DNA of 64,000 nt from the human T2T-CHM13v2.0 reference genome, Homo sapiens, in NCBI RefSeq assembly GCF_009914755.1, contig NC_060927.1, one strand, 5' to 3'. The notes under the pieces are model-generated. The model was not told the origin of the DNA. It did not search any database and worked only from the letters and a program-made list of their open reading frames with translations. Each line of letters starts with the position of its first letter. Position 1 is the stretch's first letter. This document shows positions 1-15,357 of this stretch, in pieces. The position numbers and the translations under genes are program-made.

Positions 1-235
1 AACTCAGGCAGTGTGACAGCAGGGCTTGCATGCTTGTTAGCGTCCACCAATAGACAGCAGCCACCATCAGGGGACTTGTCCAGGGGAGGCAAAGACAGTG
101 GAAGTTCTCTAAATGTCTTTCCAGCCCTACTCCGATGAGGGTATATGGCATTTAATAAACATTCCATTTGGCTCTCAGCTTTTAAGAGTCAATATAATAT
201 ACTCTGGTCAGTTCCAAAAACTTATGAGCCATCTC

Positions 236-689
<454 letters not shown>

Positions 690-2493
690 TCACAAAGGCA
701 CCGTTTTCTACAAGACAATCAGACATTTTCTGAAAACCATTCCTCTACTGCTATACACCAGGAAGTTAGCTTCAAGTACTAATGGGTTATTTTCCTTAGC
801 TTCTTAGTTATATCTAGGATATTCTTCGGGTTTTTAGGAAAGAGTGTAGGATCTGAGAGTCACACTGAGCTGGGTTTGGTTCCTTCTCTAGCATTCTAGA
901 ACTGGCTGTGCAACTCTGAAATAGTTATTTAATACCACTTGGCTTCAGTGTCCCCATCTAAAAATTCAGTGAAGATAATAGCCGTCTCTGTTGCAATGAT
1001 AAAATTAAATGAGAAAAAGAACTGACTCCACCTATATATCATTTGTTCCATTAACATCGAATAAAGTGAGTTTACTTTCCATCTTCCAAGTTAAATTGGA
1101 GTCTAAATCACAAGTTTTTCCTTTCCGACCCAATCCTCTTTTGCTTTGTACAACCACTCCCACCCCAGCCTCTCCAAAAATGCAAATAGATGTTTTATAT
1201 ATTTGACGACTGAAGCCCCCCAGATGGGCATAATAACTGATTGCAGATGAGGACAATTCTCTCTCTGCTAACCAAAGAGGAGTCACACATGCTCTCCTCT
1301 TCACATGTACAACATGTGAGGACAGCATGCTGACAACATGTTGAAGAAGCTCCTTGTACCTTCCCGCAGCCCCCCTCCCTTCCCTCTATACACTCCTAGA
1401 CCTCGATTACTCTCAGACCCCTGCCCAGCCCACCAGCCACCCAGTCACATCCCAACATGTAGTTTCAGGAAACTAAGCCAACTGATAATTAGCAACACTC
1501 AAAAACAAACAAACAAAAATTCCTGATTCATGAGCAGGAATTTGATTAATATACACTGTCTACTGTATATTCACAATTTGGAAAGGAGCAGTATGTACAA
1601 AGACAATGCTCCTTCCCGTCTTCTCCAAAGAACATCAAACCAGAAACAGCCATCTCTAAGATTCATGATCATGATATGAGTGTTAGTCACTGTAACAGAA
1701 GCAATTATCACATTAAAGCTATAATGTCCCTAATAAAATAATAATCTACTTTGTATTTACCCTTTATGTTTAAGTCTAATCTTTAAAATGCCCCGTGAAT
1801 GCCTAATAAATCCAAATTTTAAAGAGTTTGTAAAGAGATACACATAATAACTTGACCAAGTTAATAATCTGTCCTAGTTAATAGTATCATTACACCACTT
1901 CTGCCTCAAATAATAATAACACTCCAAAAAGTAATCAAGCTATAATACTGTTTTCAGAAAAATGTGACTTTTTTCCACCACATTTGGCTTTGACCCAGCA
2001 ATGGGATCTGATCCTATGGATATGTTTGCACCTGTATGAAATGATACATCCATGTCATTCGACTCAGCAGTGTTTAGAAATATGAAACATTGAAACTGAC
2101 TCAAATATTTGTTCAGAGGGAAGTGGTTAAATAAATTACGGTATGCCCATACAAAGGAATTATAATTTTTATAATTATATTTCAAAAAGAAGAAAACCAG
2201 AAGTGCTTTATTACTGAATTGCAATGACCTATTAAGACATACTGTTAAACAAAAAGAGCAAGGTCCAAACAGCATGTACTATATACTACCTTTTGGGGAA
2301 AACTGGGAAGAAATGGGAATATCCATACAACAGGCATGCACACATGTACATACGCATGTGCACACGCATGTCTGTATTGACATAAACTTCAGAAGGTAAT
2401 CAGATTATTTATAATATTGAATCCTAAATCAGGCAGGTGGGAGACAGGTATATGAAGATTACTTAGCTAAATATTTTTAAAATAATTTGCTTT

Positions 2494-2779
<286 letters not shown>

Positions 2780-3090
2780 TTATGAATCACATAAAAATAC
2801 ATTAAAAACCAATCAGTAGGAAAGTGATATTTTATTTCTTCAAGATTAAAACAACACTACTTATAGGATCACATTTTGTGATTAACCATGATTCTTCCTT
2901 CTCTCCTAATACCGCACATGTCCGTATTAAAAACAAAACACACCCACATACTTGAATAGGTAAATTAAAAAAGAAAACTCCTAGAGAAAAACTAAAACTA
3001 TTTTTAAAGAACTCCACAAAGCCTTATTCCATAGACTTTGTCTATTATTCGTCATATTAAGGTGAACTGCAATCTCCTGTTATTTGTTTA

Positions 3091-3345
<255 letters not shown>

Positions 3346-4794
3346 TCAACTAAAACAGGAAGTTCCACATCCAGGTGTAATTAAAATAACCTGTTCAGTA
3401 AGAGGGCGTACCTAAGACTCTGCTGCCTCATCTGTCCAGACAGGGACACAGTAAAGGCAACTTCTTTCTAATACAACACAACAGCATTCTCATTTCCACA
3501 CTCTAGTGCCTGGGACCCCAAATGGGAGAGACAGAAAACCAAGCACCGCTGGGTAACCTAGAGAGAGTTTTATACCATTTTTGATAATGCACTGAATAAA
3601 AAAGGTGAACTGGATTTTATACAGACAACATTCACAGTCAGCAGCTTTTACGACTCCAGTAAATACTAAAAACGTATCCACCTTAAGCTCAGAGCCTAAG
3701 GGGTTTGTGTTTTTATCACAGGCCTTGAGATTCTCGTATTCCTCAATACAACCGGCAAGTTCCAAAGCCCTTTAAAGAAAATGACACCTGCTGCATAAAC
3801 ACATCACCAGAGAAATATGATTGCCTGAGATCTGTGGTTGGACATCTCCCAGGGATTAAAATGCTGCTGCTCCTCATGTAATTAATATGTTGGGCAAAAA
3901 GAGGCCGTCCATGAATTCTGACTAGGGAGAAAGGACGCTGCATTTGCTAGAAAATTCTCCCCCTGCATTAATCTGGTCATCTTCTCAGTGGCTAACAAAT
4001 GTAACGCTTCCTCTTATGAAATAAGGCAGAGCATCCAGAGTAAAAAAGTCATCCAGCTCAGGTGCTGGGCTATGGATTTATCATTTTAGCCCAATCTCAG
4101 TCAACAAAGTGGAAGCAATGAGCAGAATGTGGTTTACACATAAGTCAAGAAAGGAAAATAAACCAAACAGCAATTATGTACCCTGTACTAGGAGCCTATG
4201 TTAAATATTATGAGATGAAAAAAAAGAGCAAAAAATGTGAATTCTGCTGTTACATTCAACAGAGCTCATTTAGCAAGGCATTATTACCTGCGGTGGTGAT
4301 TTAAGGTCAACGTTTTCCTATATAATAAGCAACGATATTTCCCTATGTCTAGGATCTCTTCGTTGAAATGTAATGCAATTAAATAACCGACTATATGTGC
4401 CTAGTGGCGCTGAAGTTCTTAGCACTGTGCAGTCTCTGATCATCTGCCCATGTGAATAACCGCATCCATACCTACACTGGATATTCACAATTTTCATAAG
4501 TCAAAAACACTCAACACTTAGTACACACTTTACTCAGGCAAAATGTATTTTTAGTGCACATAATTCTTCTATCTGAAATCTGAATATTTTAAATAGCTGC
4601 AAATTGGGCATAGGATGGTTATAGTATAGATGTTTGCTTCTCATAATCAGCATGCTAGAACCTTCAGGTTAAAAAGTCTACTCTTACACTGTTTCCTAAT
4701 TTGTTCCCGTTTCGTGCCTCCCCTGGCAGGTGATGACAAATCCCTTGAGGTAGTTCACAACTTTTAAATTTACATCTCAAGTGTCAGGCACAGG

Positions 4795-5010
4795 AAACAT
4801 AGAGACAGTATCATATACTGTTAAAGAACAGTGGTCTGGAGTGGGAATCCTAGGTTCATGGTCTGCCTCTCCAACCTGTGGTCTTGGACAGGTTCCTTAG
4901 TGTCTATTTCTCAGTATCCTTGTTTGCAAAATAGGGATAATAATAGCACCTAATCCATAAGTTTGTTGTGTGTACTGAATGAGATAATCCTTTTTGAGGG
5001 CTTTGCTCAA
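4795..5010 (+). mobile_element. MIR
   Basis: Degenerate MIR core (ctcagtatccttgtttgcaaaatagggataataatagcacc). Confidence 0.7.
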
Positions 5011-5714
5011 TAATTTTTAGTAGACATTATAGTTTATGTTTTTGTTAGAATGAATTGATAGAATCTTACCGTTCAAATCCCAGTATAATAATCTGTTATT
5101 ATATACATATAAATATATCTCTGTTTATGTATATGTGTGTGTATTCATGGCATTATATATTGTATTTATTCAACAAATATTTACTGAGGCCCCAACACAT
5201 GCCAGGCACTGGGAAAACACTGGTGAACAAGACAAAGCTCATGCCCTGATGGAATTTATATGTTACTGTGAGACACAGAAAACAAATATGTATATAAATA
5301 AATATAGCATATAATATCAGGAGGAAATCATTCTTCTACAGACTGAAAGATTAGAAAGTATCTCAGAGCAACATAGGTTAAAGGTTTAGACAGTGTCTTG
5401 GAGGGAGGGAGCAAGGGAGAAGTAGGGAAGCTATATTAGCTAGGTGATGAGGAAGAGCCTGGCTAATAGAAAAGGTGATGGGGAATGCATCCAGGCAGAG
5501 GGAAGGGAAAAGGCTTTGATACGGGTGTGATCTGGTGTGTTCAGGGAAGGGCAGAAAGGCCAGCATGGTTGCGGTACAGTGATGAAAAAAGGGCTGGAAA
5601 CGAAAGCAAGCGGCAAGATTACGTAGGCCATAGAAAACACTTCATATTTTATTCTAAGGATAATGGAATGTCATCCTTAGAATGGTTTTGAGCAAGGGGG
5701 TGCGTTGATTTGGT

Positions 5715-6020
5715 TTTTCTTTTATTTTCCTTTTCAGAGACAGAGTCTCGCTCTATCGCTCAGGCTGGAGTGCACTGGAGGAATCACAGCTCACTATCTC
5801 CTTGAACTACTGGGCTCAAGAGATCCTCTCACCTCAGCCTCCTGAGTAGTTAGGACTACAGGCACGTGCCACCACACCCAGCTAATTTTTTTTTTTTTTT
5901 GTACAAATGGGGGGTCTCACTATATTGCCCAGGCTGGTCTCTAACTCCTGGCTTCAAGCAGTCCTCCTACCTTGGCCTCCAAATTACTTGGATTACAGGC
6001 ATAAGCCACCACACTCAGCT
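5715..6020 (-). mobile_element. AluJ
   Basis: Diverged reverse-complement Alu dimer. Confidence 0.9.
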
Positions 6021-6278
6021 TGGTTTTCCTTTTTAAAGCTCTTTGACTTCAAGGAGAACAAGTTTTCGGAGAGTAGGGCAGGAGGTGGGCAAGAATAGAA
6101 GCAGGGGGACCAGTTGGGTGGTTACCATAGTGTCCAGGTGAATGGTAATCAAGATATGGACTAGAATAGGACAGAAGTGATAAGAAGCAGTGAGATTTCT
6201 ATTACAAACATGAGTATTTTAAAGAGCTACAGCATAGTCCATAGAACAGACATATTAAAAGTAAAACCCATCATCAAG

Positions 6279-6512
6279 GTATTAAGCGCCACATGCATTA
6301 GCTATTTATCCTGATGCTCTCCATGCCACCCACCAATGGAGGACAGAGAGCATCAGGGGGATGGAGATGCACCAGGATAAATAGCTAATGCATGTGGGGC
6401 TTAATACAAAGATCAGGTGCAGCAAACCACCATGGCACATGTTTACCTATGTAACAAACCTGCATGTCATAGGTAAGTATCCTAGCACTTAAAATAAAAA
6501 TAAATTTTAAAA
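6279..6512 (+). mobile_element. Short rearranged 3' end of an older L1PA with an inverted duplication
   Basis: caggataaatagctaatgcatgtggggcttaatac...gcagcaaaccaccatggcacatgtttacctatgtaacaaacctgca plus A-tail; inverted copy at 6279-6313. Confidence 0.85.
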
Positions 6513-8409
6513 AGTATGTCAGCTCATCACACCATGCTAGGTCTATATTTTGAAGACAGAACTAATAGAACTTGCTGATGGATTGGATGTTGTATGTAAG
6601 AAAGACAGAATAAAGACAGAAATACCTATTTTGTGACCTGGGCAAATGGGCTGTGCCATTTGCAGTGATTGAGAAGGCTGAGGGGAAAGGTTTTGGGAAA
6701 AGGGAAAATCAAAAGTTCACTTTTGGACATGTTAGGTTTGAAATGCCTGACAGACACCTACGAGCAGAGAGTTGGAGCACAGCTGACCTTAAAAGTCTGA
6801 AGGTCAGAGTAGAGGGTGGAATGTAAACTTAATAATAATATTAAGAGTGATCAGTTGATTAGTAAACCAATGGCATTTGAAGGCAAGAGACAGAAAGATA
6901 AAATCTACAGAGAGAGTTTAGGGGAAAAAAAGCCAAGAAGTTTGGATTGAACACTAAGAACTTTTAACTTTTCGAAGATGAGAATAAGAGAAAGATCGTC
7001 AAAGGAGACTAAGCAGCAGTAGCCAGCAAGATAGGAGCAAAGGAGGAGGGTGTGATGTCTTGGAGCCAAGTGAAAAAGCTGTTCAGCCAGCTACCTCTAA
7101 AACACAAACAGTCTACATCACACTGGGAATTCCAGTGCAGTGCAAGAATAGAATCTCTTTGAAACTTGCTGTGAAAGGATCTGTCCTAAATATGTTCTAT
7201 ATGGCAACTCTCATCTTCAGCCTCCATACCAAAGTTCCATTAACTTAATCCATCTTGAAAAAAAATGAGGACAAAATAAAACAAAACAAAAAATCTGTTG
7301 AGTTTCATAGTCTTGCCAAACTAGACAATGTTGATTTTTTTCTCCTGCAGCCATCTTTGCCATTCTTTCAATGATGTTTTCAGATCCAATTTGTCAGGTT
7401 TACCTTAAAGACAACAATCACCCTGGGGTCTTAATTTCCTGAGAGGATTCAAAATAATCAAGAACGTCAAAAATGCTACATTTCAGCAGAAACATGAAAC
7501 TAGCAGATCCCATTTTTCCATGTAAATAAATATGCTTAGGATGCCTTAGAGCAGCAGGGGAAGGGAGTGGGAAGGCGGGCAAGTCTCCACCCACAAAACG
7601 TTCAGGGTTTATTACCCAGACAAAACCTTTCCATGCTCAGGCTAGCAGGAGGTTTCCCAGCTATCCTCTGAGCAGCCCGCCCTGGGTCTGGGCCAACCTG
7701 ACCAGGCTCTATTCACCGATGTTGTGGAGAAAAGGACCGAGGGAGGGGACCCCGCCTTCTCTTTTCTTGTAGCAGAATGGCAGGCTGCTGGCTGGACACA
7801 CGCCTGGCAGATGGCATTTCAAAGGGTTTTCAGGAGCCATCTGGGTTGGGTACAATTATTATAAACCATGCTTCTAACAAAGCCAGAAGGGTTACTTCCT
7901 GACAGAAGATGAGTCAAACAAATTCTACCATGTTTCTCAGGGACAGCGTACTAATATAAAAAAAAAGAAAAAAAAAAAGCGACCAGGCTGACAAACTGGG
8001 ATTTTCCTTAGCCTACAATACTGCCTTCTCTTTTTCTAGCTAGAAATTGGGCCAACGATATCTTGCAGTTATTAGCTTTAAGCTAATAATAAGCACAGCA
8101 TCCAACCCCCCAAAAAAGAAAAAAAAATATATAACGCTGGGAAAAAAATAATAGCTTCCATTTCTCAGATGTTCACTTATGTCCCAAGCAAGCTGTTAAG
8201 CACTTAATCAATACTATTATTGTATATAATCTTCACAAGAAACACAGAAGTAAGGATTATTATTACCCTCATTTTATTGATGAAGAAGCTCAGACTCAGA
8301 GAAGTAACCTGCCCAAGGTCACATAACAAGTTGGGCAGAGCCATGGTCTGTCTGAACACAGGCAATGTGACAGCAGCATCCCTCATCCTTAACCATCACT
8401 GTCTGATGG

Positions 8410-8597
8410 AACCTGTCCTTCATGGAAATGTTCCATATCTGTGCTGTCTATCCTGGTAGCCCCTAGCCACATGTAGCTATTAAAAAGTGGCCAGTGTGAT
8501 TAGGAAACTGAATGTGAACTTTTATTTAATCTTAATAACTTTAAGTTTGAATAGCCACATGTGGCTAGTGGCTACTGGCCTGGTCAGTACAGCTCTC
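8410..8597. mobile_element. hAT-Charlie MITE (MER3/MER33-like)
   Basis: Inverted tagccacatgt...acatgtggctagtggctac motifs. Confidence 0.7.
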
Positions 8598-9048
8598 AAC
8601 CATGAGAATATCTGAGTTGCCTTCATTACACTACATCCAGTACCATGTCCCAAACAACTTCTAGCACTCAAAATAAGAACAAGAAACATACTTACCTGAA
8701 ACAGCATGACATCTCAAACAGATAGAAGAAAACCGCTCTTAAAAAAAAAAAAACAAAAAACTCTCATATGCTTTGAAAAACTATCTAGTCAACTCCACGA
8801 TTTGTTTTAAAAATTCCATTGATTCCTATTGGCTGTGGTCTCTAGGAAAAAAAAAAATGTTCTTAGATATTTGTGACAGCATGGTTTGTAGCAAACAAAA
8901 CAAAAAAGACCAAAACAAAAGCAGCCCTCCAAGACACAGAAAAAATGAGTGTCCACGAATATGGAAATGATTGAATGAAATATGGTTGATCCACCCTTGG
9001 GAAAATGTTTTAGCTATGTAATGGTAAATGGTAAAGAATGGTTAAATT

Positions 9049-9316
9049 GGCCAGGTGCAGTGGCTCATGCCTGTAATCCCAACACTTTGGGAGGCCGAGG
9101 TGGCCAGATCACGAGGTCAGGAGATCGAGATCATCCTGGCTAACACGGTGAAACCCCATCTCTACTAAAAATACAAAAAATTAGCCAGGCATGGTGGCAG
9201 GTAACTGTAGTCCTAGTTACTTGGGAGGCTGAGGCAGAGGTTGCAGTGAGATGAGATTGCGCCACTGCACTCCAGCCTGGGCGACAGACTGAGACTCCGT
9301 CTCAAAAAAAAAAAAG
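9049..9316 (+). mobile_element. Alu (Y/Sc-like) with right-arm internal deletion
   Basis: Alu dimer with ggctgaggca joined directly to gaggttgcag; TSD AAAGAAT(G/T)GTTAAAT. Confidence 0.93.
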
Positions 9317-10879
9317 AATTGTTAAATCTACATGCAGTTACCTGAAGGAATGCCTTTAATGTGCACTGAAGTGATATAAACAAATTACAGATTAAGATGT
9401 AAACTATCACTGCATTTCATTGAAAAACAGAATATGGCTTGTTTTACAAGTTTATGAGTTTTATGAGTTCACATAGTTAAATGGGTATAATAATACTATA
9501 CCCTTAACAGTGGTAACCTCAGGAGGGTAGCTTCAGAAATGGGAAGAGATGAAATGATTGTTTAAACAACTCTCATGCTCCAAATGGTATCAATAGGCAG
9601 GTAACTGTCTTGGCATTTTATAAACTGAATGAAATCATTATTTAAGAAATATTTTAAGACCTGATTCTTGGATATTTTATTCAAGTACTTTCAAAAGTAA
9701 CTTAGTCCTCACAAAAAAACATGCAAACGACTTATAGACTCCAGCTGAATCACACAAACAATGTTTCAAGGTTTCCCATCTCATAGAAAGCCAGCCTCAA
9801 GGTCAACAATACTTTACTTGCCTTACCGATGAATAGGAATATACTACAAGTAGATTTGAGAAAGTGGTACTATTTTTTCCACTTGATTTTATTTTTAAAC
9901 CCCAAACTGCTCATCACTTAAACAGGGTCCTTTTTAAGTATTTAAGTACCTCCAAGATTTGTACTAGAATAGTGAATATCAACCCTTCCCACCACTAGAT
10001 AATAACTTAAGTAATTAATTTGAGCTGTGTCCTAGTGAGTGTCTCAGAAAGAATTAGCAATGCCCCCAAACTTCATCCAGTAAAGCTTGAGTGGCTATCT
10101 GCTTCTTACACACATTTTATGGTTCATAAACTTGCAGTGTATCTGGCTTCAGAGACTCCTGCTGAGGAAATGAGAAAGTGACCTTCCTTATCACTGAAAT
10201 CCACAAACCATGACTACAAAAAGGAAACTGGACTGGGAACTTATCTGCGCTATCTTTTTATTCTAGACATTCTCTTGAAATATCCAGTTGAGGCAGAAAA
10301 AGAAAAATCCTACTGGTGAAATTCTGATAAGCCATTTCCCACTGCTTCACCTTCCCAACGCCATGCGGTTTCAAGATGTTGAGATCTCACTCAGCAACTG
10401 TCCAAATGGTCTTATGGCCAGACTGTTAAAGGAAAATAATCAGCCCACAAAGATTACATTGTCAATATTCCATGATATCACCTGCTGTTAAATTAATCAG
10501 GGTCCTGCTTGTCAAAATCTAACAAGACTTCAAAAAATGACAGTCACTGCAACTGCTTACGTGTTCAGAACAGATCATCATTTTCCTATTCTAACACAAT
10601 CATTTGCATCTGATAAATATCCAGAGTATCAGTTGGATATCCAGGACAGCCTCATGCAGTTCATTCTTTAGCTGATAGAGCTAGAGCACAGTAGAATGTA
10701 TTAGTCCTCCAAATTCACTCAGTTACCTACCTCTCACACAATTTTTGCCATATATGACAATCAGCACTACAATTTACTTGATATCTATCCCTCAAATCCA
10801 ACTGCCTTTTGTGGTGAAACAGACATCTTATTTAATATGAAAAACCCCTTCTGAAACTGCTTTTAAAAAAAATTAAACA

Positions 10880-11159
10880 GGCCAGGTGCGGTGGCACATA
10901 TCTATAATCCCAGCACTTTGGGAGGCCGAAGTGGATGGATCATGAGGTCAGGAGTTCAAGACCAGTCTGGCCAAGATGGTGAAACCCCATTTCTACTAAA
11001 AATAGAAAAATTAGTGGTGGCAGGCACCTGTATTCTCAGCTACTTGGGAGGCTGAGGCAGAGAACTGCTTGAACCCGGGAGCTGAGATCGTGCCACTGCA
11101 CTCCAGTGTGGGCAACATAGCGAGACTCTGTCTCAAAAAAAAAAAAAAAAAAAAAAAAA
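10880..11159 (+). mobile_element. AluS with small deletions
   Basis: Alu dimer and poly-A. Confidence 0.93.
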
Positions 11160-11189
11160 TTTAAACATATTTGGGTAAAAAGTAAATAC

Positions 11190-11850
11190 TTAGCCACCAC
11201 AAACCTATTAGAATGGTTTAAAAATGTTTCTGTAATACCAAATGCTGGCAAAAATATGGAGCAACTAGTACTCACATGCCTTATTGGGAAGAATACAAAA
11301 TGGTACAACCATTTGGGGAAAGAGTTTGGCAGTTAGTTAAAAAGTTAAACATAAATTTCTCATATGACCTAACAATCCCACTCCTAAATGTTTACCCCAG
11401 AGAAATGAAAACATATTCACACAAAACCCCATACACAAATGTTTAGAAGAGCTTTATGCATAATCAACCAAAACTTTATGAAAACAACCAAATGTGGTTC
11501 AATTGGTGAATGAATTCACTGTGGCACATCCCTACAAAGAACTACTGCTCAGCAAAACTACAGATACACACAGCATGGACGAGTCTCACATACATTATGC
11601 TCAGGGAAAGAGAAGCCAGACTCAAAGATTACACACTGTATGATTACTCCATTTATATTCTATATATTCTATAGAGATGGAGAATCAAGCAGTGGTTACC
11701 AGCTATGTAGGGTGGGAGCAGCACAGGTAATTAGGGAAAGGAGGAGGACACTGTTTTGTTTCTTGCCTGCGGTGGTGGTTGCACGACTGTGCTTTGGTCA
11801 AAACCCATAGCGCACACCACGAATGGTGATTTTTACTGTGTATAATTTTT
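11190..11850 (+). mobile_element. Old L1M 3' fragment
   Basis: caatcccactcctaaatgtttaccccagagaaatgaaaacatattcacacaaaa-type L1M 3' sequence. Confidence 0.75.
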
Positions 11851-12089
11851 TAAAAAAGGAAACATTTAGCTTTACCTCAAATGGAAAATCAGCTTCATCC
11901 TGCCATAAACAGTAAGTAACTAAAAATAAATGCCACAAAAATAAAGCCATTTTGTTTTATCTGTAGCCTAAGGCTCTGAGCCCGAGGTCTGAATTATCCT
12001 ATTATCACAAAAGGGGATTGACAAACATTAGAAATATCTTAGATACCTATTAATGTCAATTTGAGACTTTCTGCTTAGCATAAGGATTT

Positions 12090-12450
12090 GTCTTCGTTAG
12101 TTTGGACTGTTATAACAGAATACCATGAACTGGGTGGCTTAAACAATAAGCATTGTTGAGACAGGCATTTTGACACACACCTGGAGTCCCAGCTACAAGG
12201 GAAGCTGAAGTGGGAGGATTGCTTGAACCCAGTAGTTCAAATCCAGCCTGGGTAACATAACAAGAACTGTCTGGTGAGAGGACCCTCTTCTTGATTTTCA
12301 GACAGCTGCCTTTTTGCTGTATCTTCACATGGCAGGAAATGAAAGCCCTTCCCCTTTTTACATGGGGCATTAATTCCATCACGAGAATCTGACCTTTGGT
12401 TAATTAACTCCTAAAGGCTCCTCCTCCAAATACCATTACATTAGGAATTA
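12090..12450 (-). mobile_element. MaLR (MLT1-type) LTR with an Alu monomer inserted at ~12160-12265
   Basis: gttataacagaataccatgaactgggtggcttaaacaa...ccaaataccattacatt; FLAM-like insert. Confidence 0.7.
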
Positions 12451-15098
12451 GGGACCCAAAGGTGAGAGAGGGAGACAGAAGGGTGCGTTGAAGCAGAAAC
12501 AATTCCAATGTGAAAAGAAAAGGTGTGTGGGTAAGGTGGTCATGGTGCCAAGGAAAGGGCTGAAAGAAAATCTATGGCTCATACTACTTTGGAGGGTGGG
12601 AGTGGTTAGAAAACGAACAGTGGAGAGAGGGGGTAAAAATCCATGATACAGGTAATCCCAGATGAGACAGCTATGTAGACTCAAAAGGGTCACGTGAATA
12701 AATGTGACTCAAATTGTTAGTGTCACTAAGCAACACACACACACATACACTGCCCCCTCCCCACTCCCAGGTGTGCTGTACCTCCAGCAGAACAAAGTTG
12801 AAAAGGTAAGATCCTTGTCTTCTGAGAACTTGGAATCAGTTTGGGTCTGTGTCTAATCAGAATTGATGCCTCATTGTAAATGAGAAAGCAGCTAAAAGAG
12901 ACTTGACTGATTGTCATCCCTATAACACATTATAAAATAAACACGAATAAAGAAGGCCAGCCTCCTCCTCAGGAATCAGGGGAAGTTGTTGAGTTATTTA
13001 ACACTTTATATGTGGTAATCTACAAATCACTTCACAAGGAAGCAAGGCCACTCAGGGCAACATAAATGGATCCTTTCTAGAAGCACCATTTTGAATAATG
13101 GGGCATTCTCTGTCCAAAACTCTCAACTATGATAACAAAGGTCAGAAACAGGACCCTTATTTTTTCTATCCCAGATCTCAACACAGTAGTGTCAGTAATT
13201 GTGTCTCATAAATGGAATAATGCCAAGCCATTCAACAGCAGGTGTGTAAAGACAATTATTTTATTCCAGCTATAACTTGCATGTTTGGGATCAGCAGACC
13301 ATTTCAGGTTCCATCTTGCATGGAAGAACACTGTGTGATGAAGGTATTGGAATCTCGTTTTAAAAACCACACCTACAATACTTGAAATAAATAAGGACTT
13401 GGCATTTATTCCATTGTACTGATGATTTGCAAAAGTGGCCTAGACATGAGAGATGGGAAGCATCTGATCTGGTTTTCATGATCCTACTTCTAGCTCTTTT
13501 CTCTATAGCTATGACATGGGATGAAGGAAAAGAAGAAGTTTTGAGTGCCAAATCCAAGTAGCTCCAAAGGAACTATTCAAACCGTCCATGTATCCTTTTC
13601 CTGGAAGCCAGGTGCTCTCAGTTAAGTGTAAACATGTTACCTTTCAAGGAGATCCACATTATGTCAAAGAAAAATGTGAACCTTCCAGATTGTTGAATGA
13701 ATCATATAATACAAAAAGAGAGTATATGTTTGTCTAGGGCAAGCAAATGGTTCCCAGTAATAAACAAAAACAGCAGCTCAAGGAGCTGATGTTAGAAGAA
13801 CCAGTCTTGATCCAGCTCTGCCACTAAATTAATTATGTGACTACCTTGGAACATTCCCTTTTATGCACTCAATGTCCTTATCTGTAAAACAAAAAGGGTA
13901 ACTACTGCTCTGACTATATCACAGAATGATTGTGAGACCAAATACATTCATGTGCAAGGATACAAACCCCTCAGCAAATTAAAGGCATTAGAAAATTATG
14001 TTCATTTAAAAAATCTGTATTTAGGCCAACGTCTATTCTTTATATGCATTATCTCATTTAATCCTTGCAACAACACTATAAAGTAGTTAATATTATTATC
14101 CTATGTCACAGATGAGAAAACATGCACACATTATGTGACTTGCCAAGAATTACACAGCTGGTAAGTGTCAGGACCAGGACTTGAAACCAGGTTTTTGTTA
14201 CCAGGTGGGAACTTCTGTACACAAAGAAGACATTGGGGAGGGGTGGGAGGATAAACTAGTGGAGGAGCGAGGTGCAGCTGAATTTCCACAGCTCTTCACC
14301 CAGGGTTGAATAAATCAACACTGTCTTCATCCAGGAAACATAGCAGGGAGCTGATGGAGTTGACGGTCTGGGAGAAGAAAGCTGGTAAAACCCTTCCCCA
14401 CAACCTCTTTGATCCCAAACCTAAACTGTCAGGAACTATGTCTTACTGCCTCTTAACCAGAATACTGAGGAGGACCAGAAAACATTCCACAGGAAAGTCA
14501 ACCTGAACATGAACATTAACCATTTTTCCTCATTTTTCAGGGAAGGGAACTTTGGCACATACAAACTCATGGAAACCTCGCATTCATTAAAGTCAGGAAC
14601 ATGAGAGTTCTCAGGTTGTAATTGATTCATTTCAAACAGTATTAAAAAGCATCCAGGAAATAAAGGATAAGAATCTTCAGCATTAGATACACATTTATCA
14701 GAAATCAACTTTTGAGGATTATCCTTGAAGGCATTTTTGTTCCAAGAGGGATTCAGGAAACCAGTAACGCTATACCCTAGCGCTAAAAGTTGTCTATGAG
14801 AAAAGGGGATGAGAGCAGATAGACTCTCTCCATTATGGCAGGTAATAATACTTTCACTTTCTCTGATTAATTATAGCAATTGTTTGTGTAAAATGGAATG
14901 AACTACTTCCAACAATTTCAACCAGATAATTTTCAAAAGCATATTAAAAGAAAATAATTATTTTGGTGAAAAGCTGTGATTAATTAAGAATATCAAGTTT
15001 CCACAAATTAGGTGACTTTGCATGGTTAATGCTAAATACTGAATGTTTCTAATATTCGGCAGCTTTCTTGCTTAGTTAAAAAAAAAAAAAAATAACTG

Positions 15099-15320
15099 GG
15101 GCCAGGCATGGTAGCTCACGAGTTCAAGACCAGCCTATGCAAATAGTGAAACCTTGTCTCTAAAAAAATTTTTTTAAATTAGCCAGATATAGTGGCACGT
15201 GCCTGTAGTCCCAGAAACTCGGGAGGCTGAAGTGGGAGGACCACTTAAGACCAGCAGAGGTTGAGACAGCAGTGAGCCATGATCGTGCCACTGCACTCCA
15301 GCCTGGGCGACAAAGTCTAA

Positions 15321-15357
<37 letters not shown>
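15099..15357 (+). mobile_element. AluJ with left-arm deletion and (AAT)n tail
   Basis: Alu arms; (AAT)n at ~15321-15357. Confidence 0.9.

Larger units (their letters stand above)
5160..7080 (-). mobile_element. L2 remnant interrupted by an AluJ and an L1 fragment
   Basis: L2-like motifs (ttattcaacaaatatttactgagg; ttgctgatggattggatgt; ttttggacatgttaggtttgaaatgcct). Confidence 0.65.
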
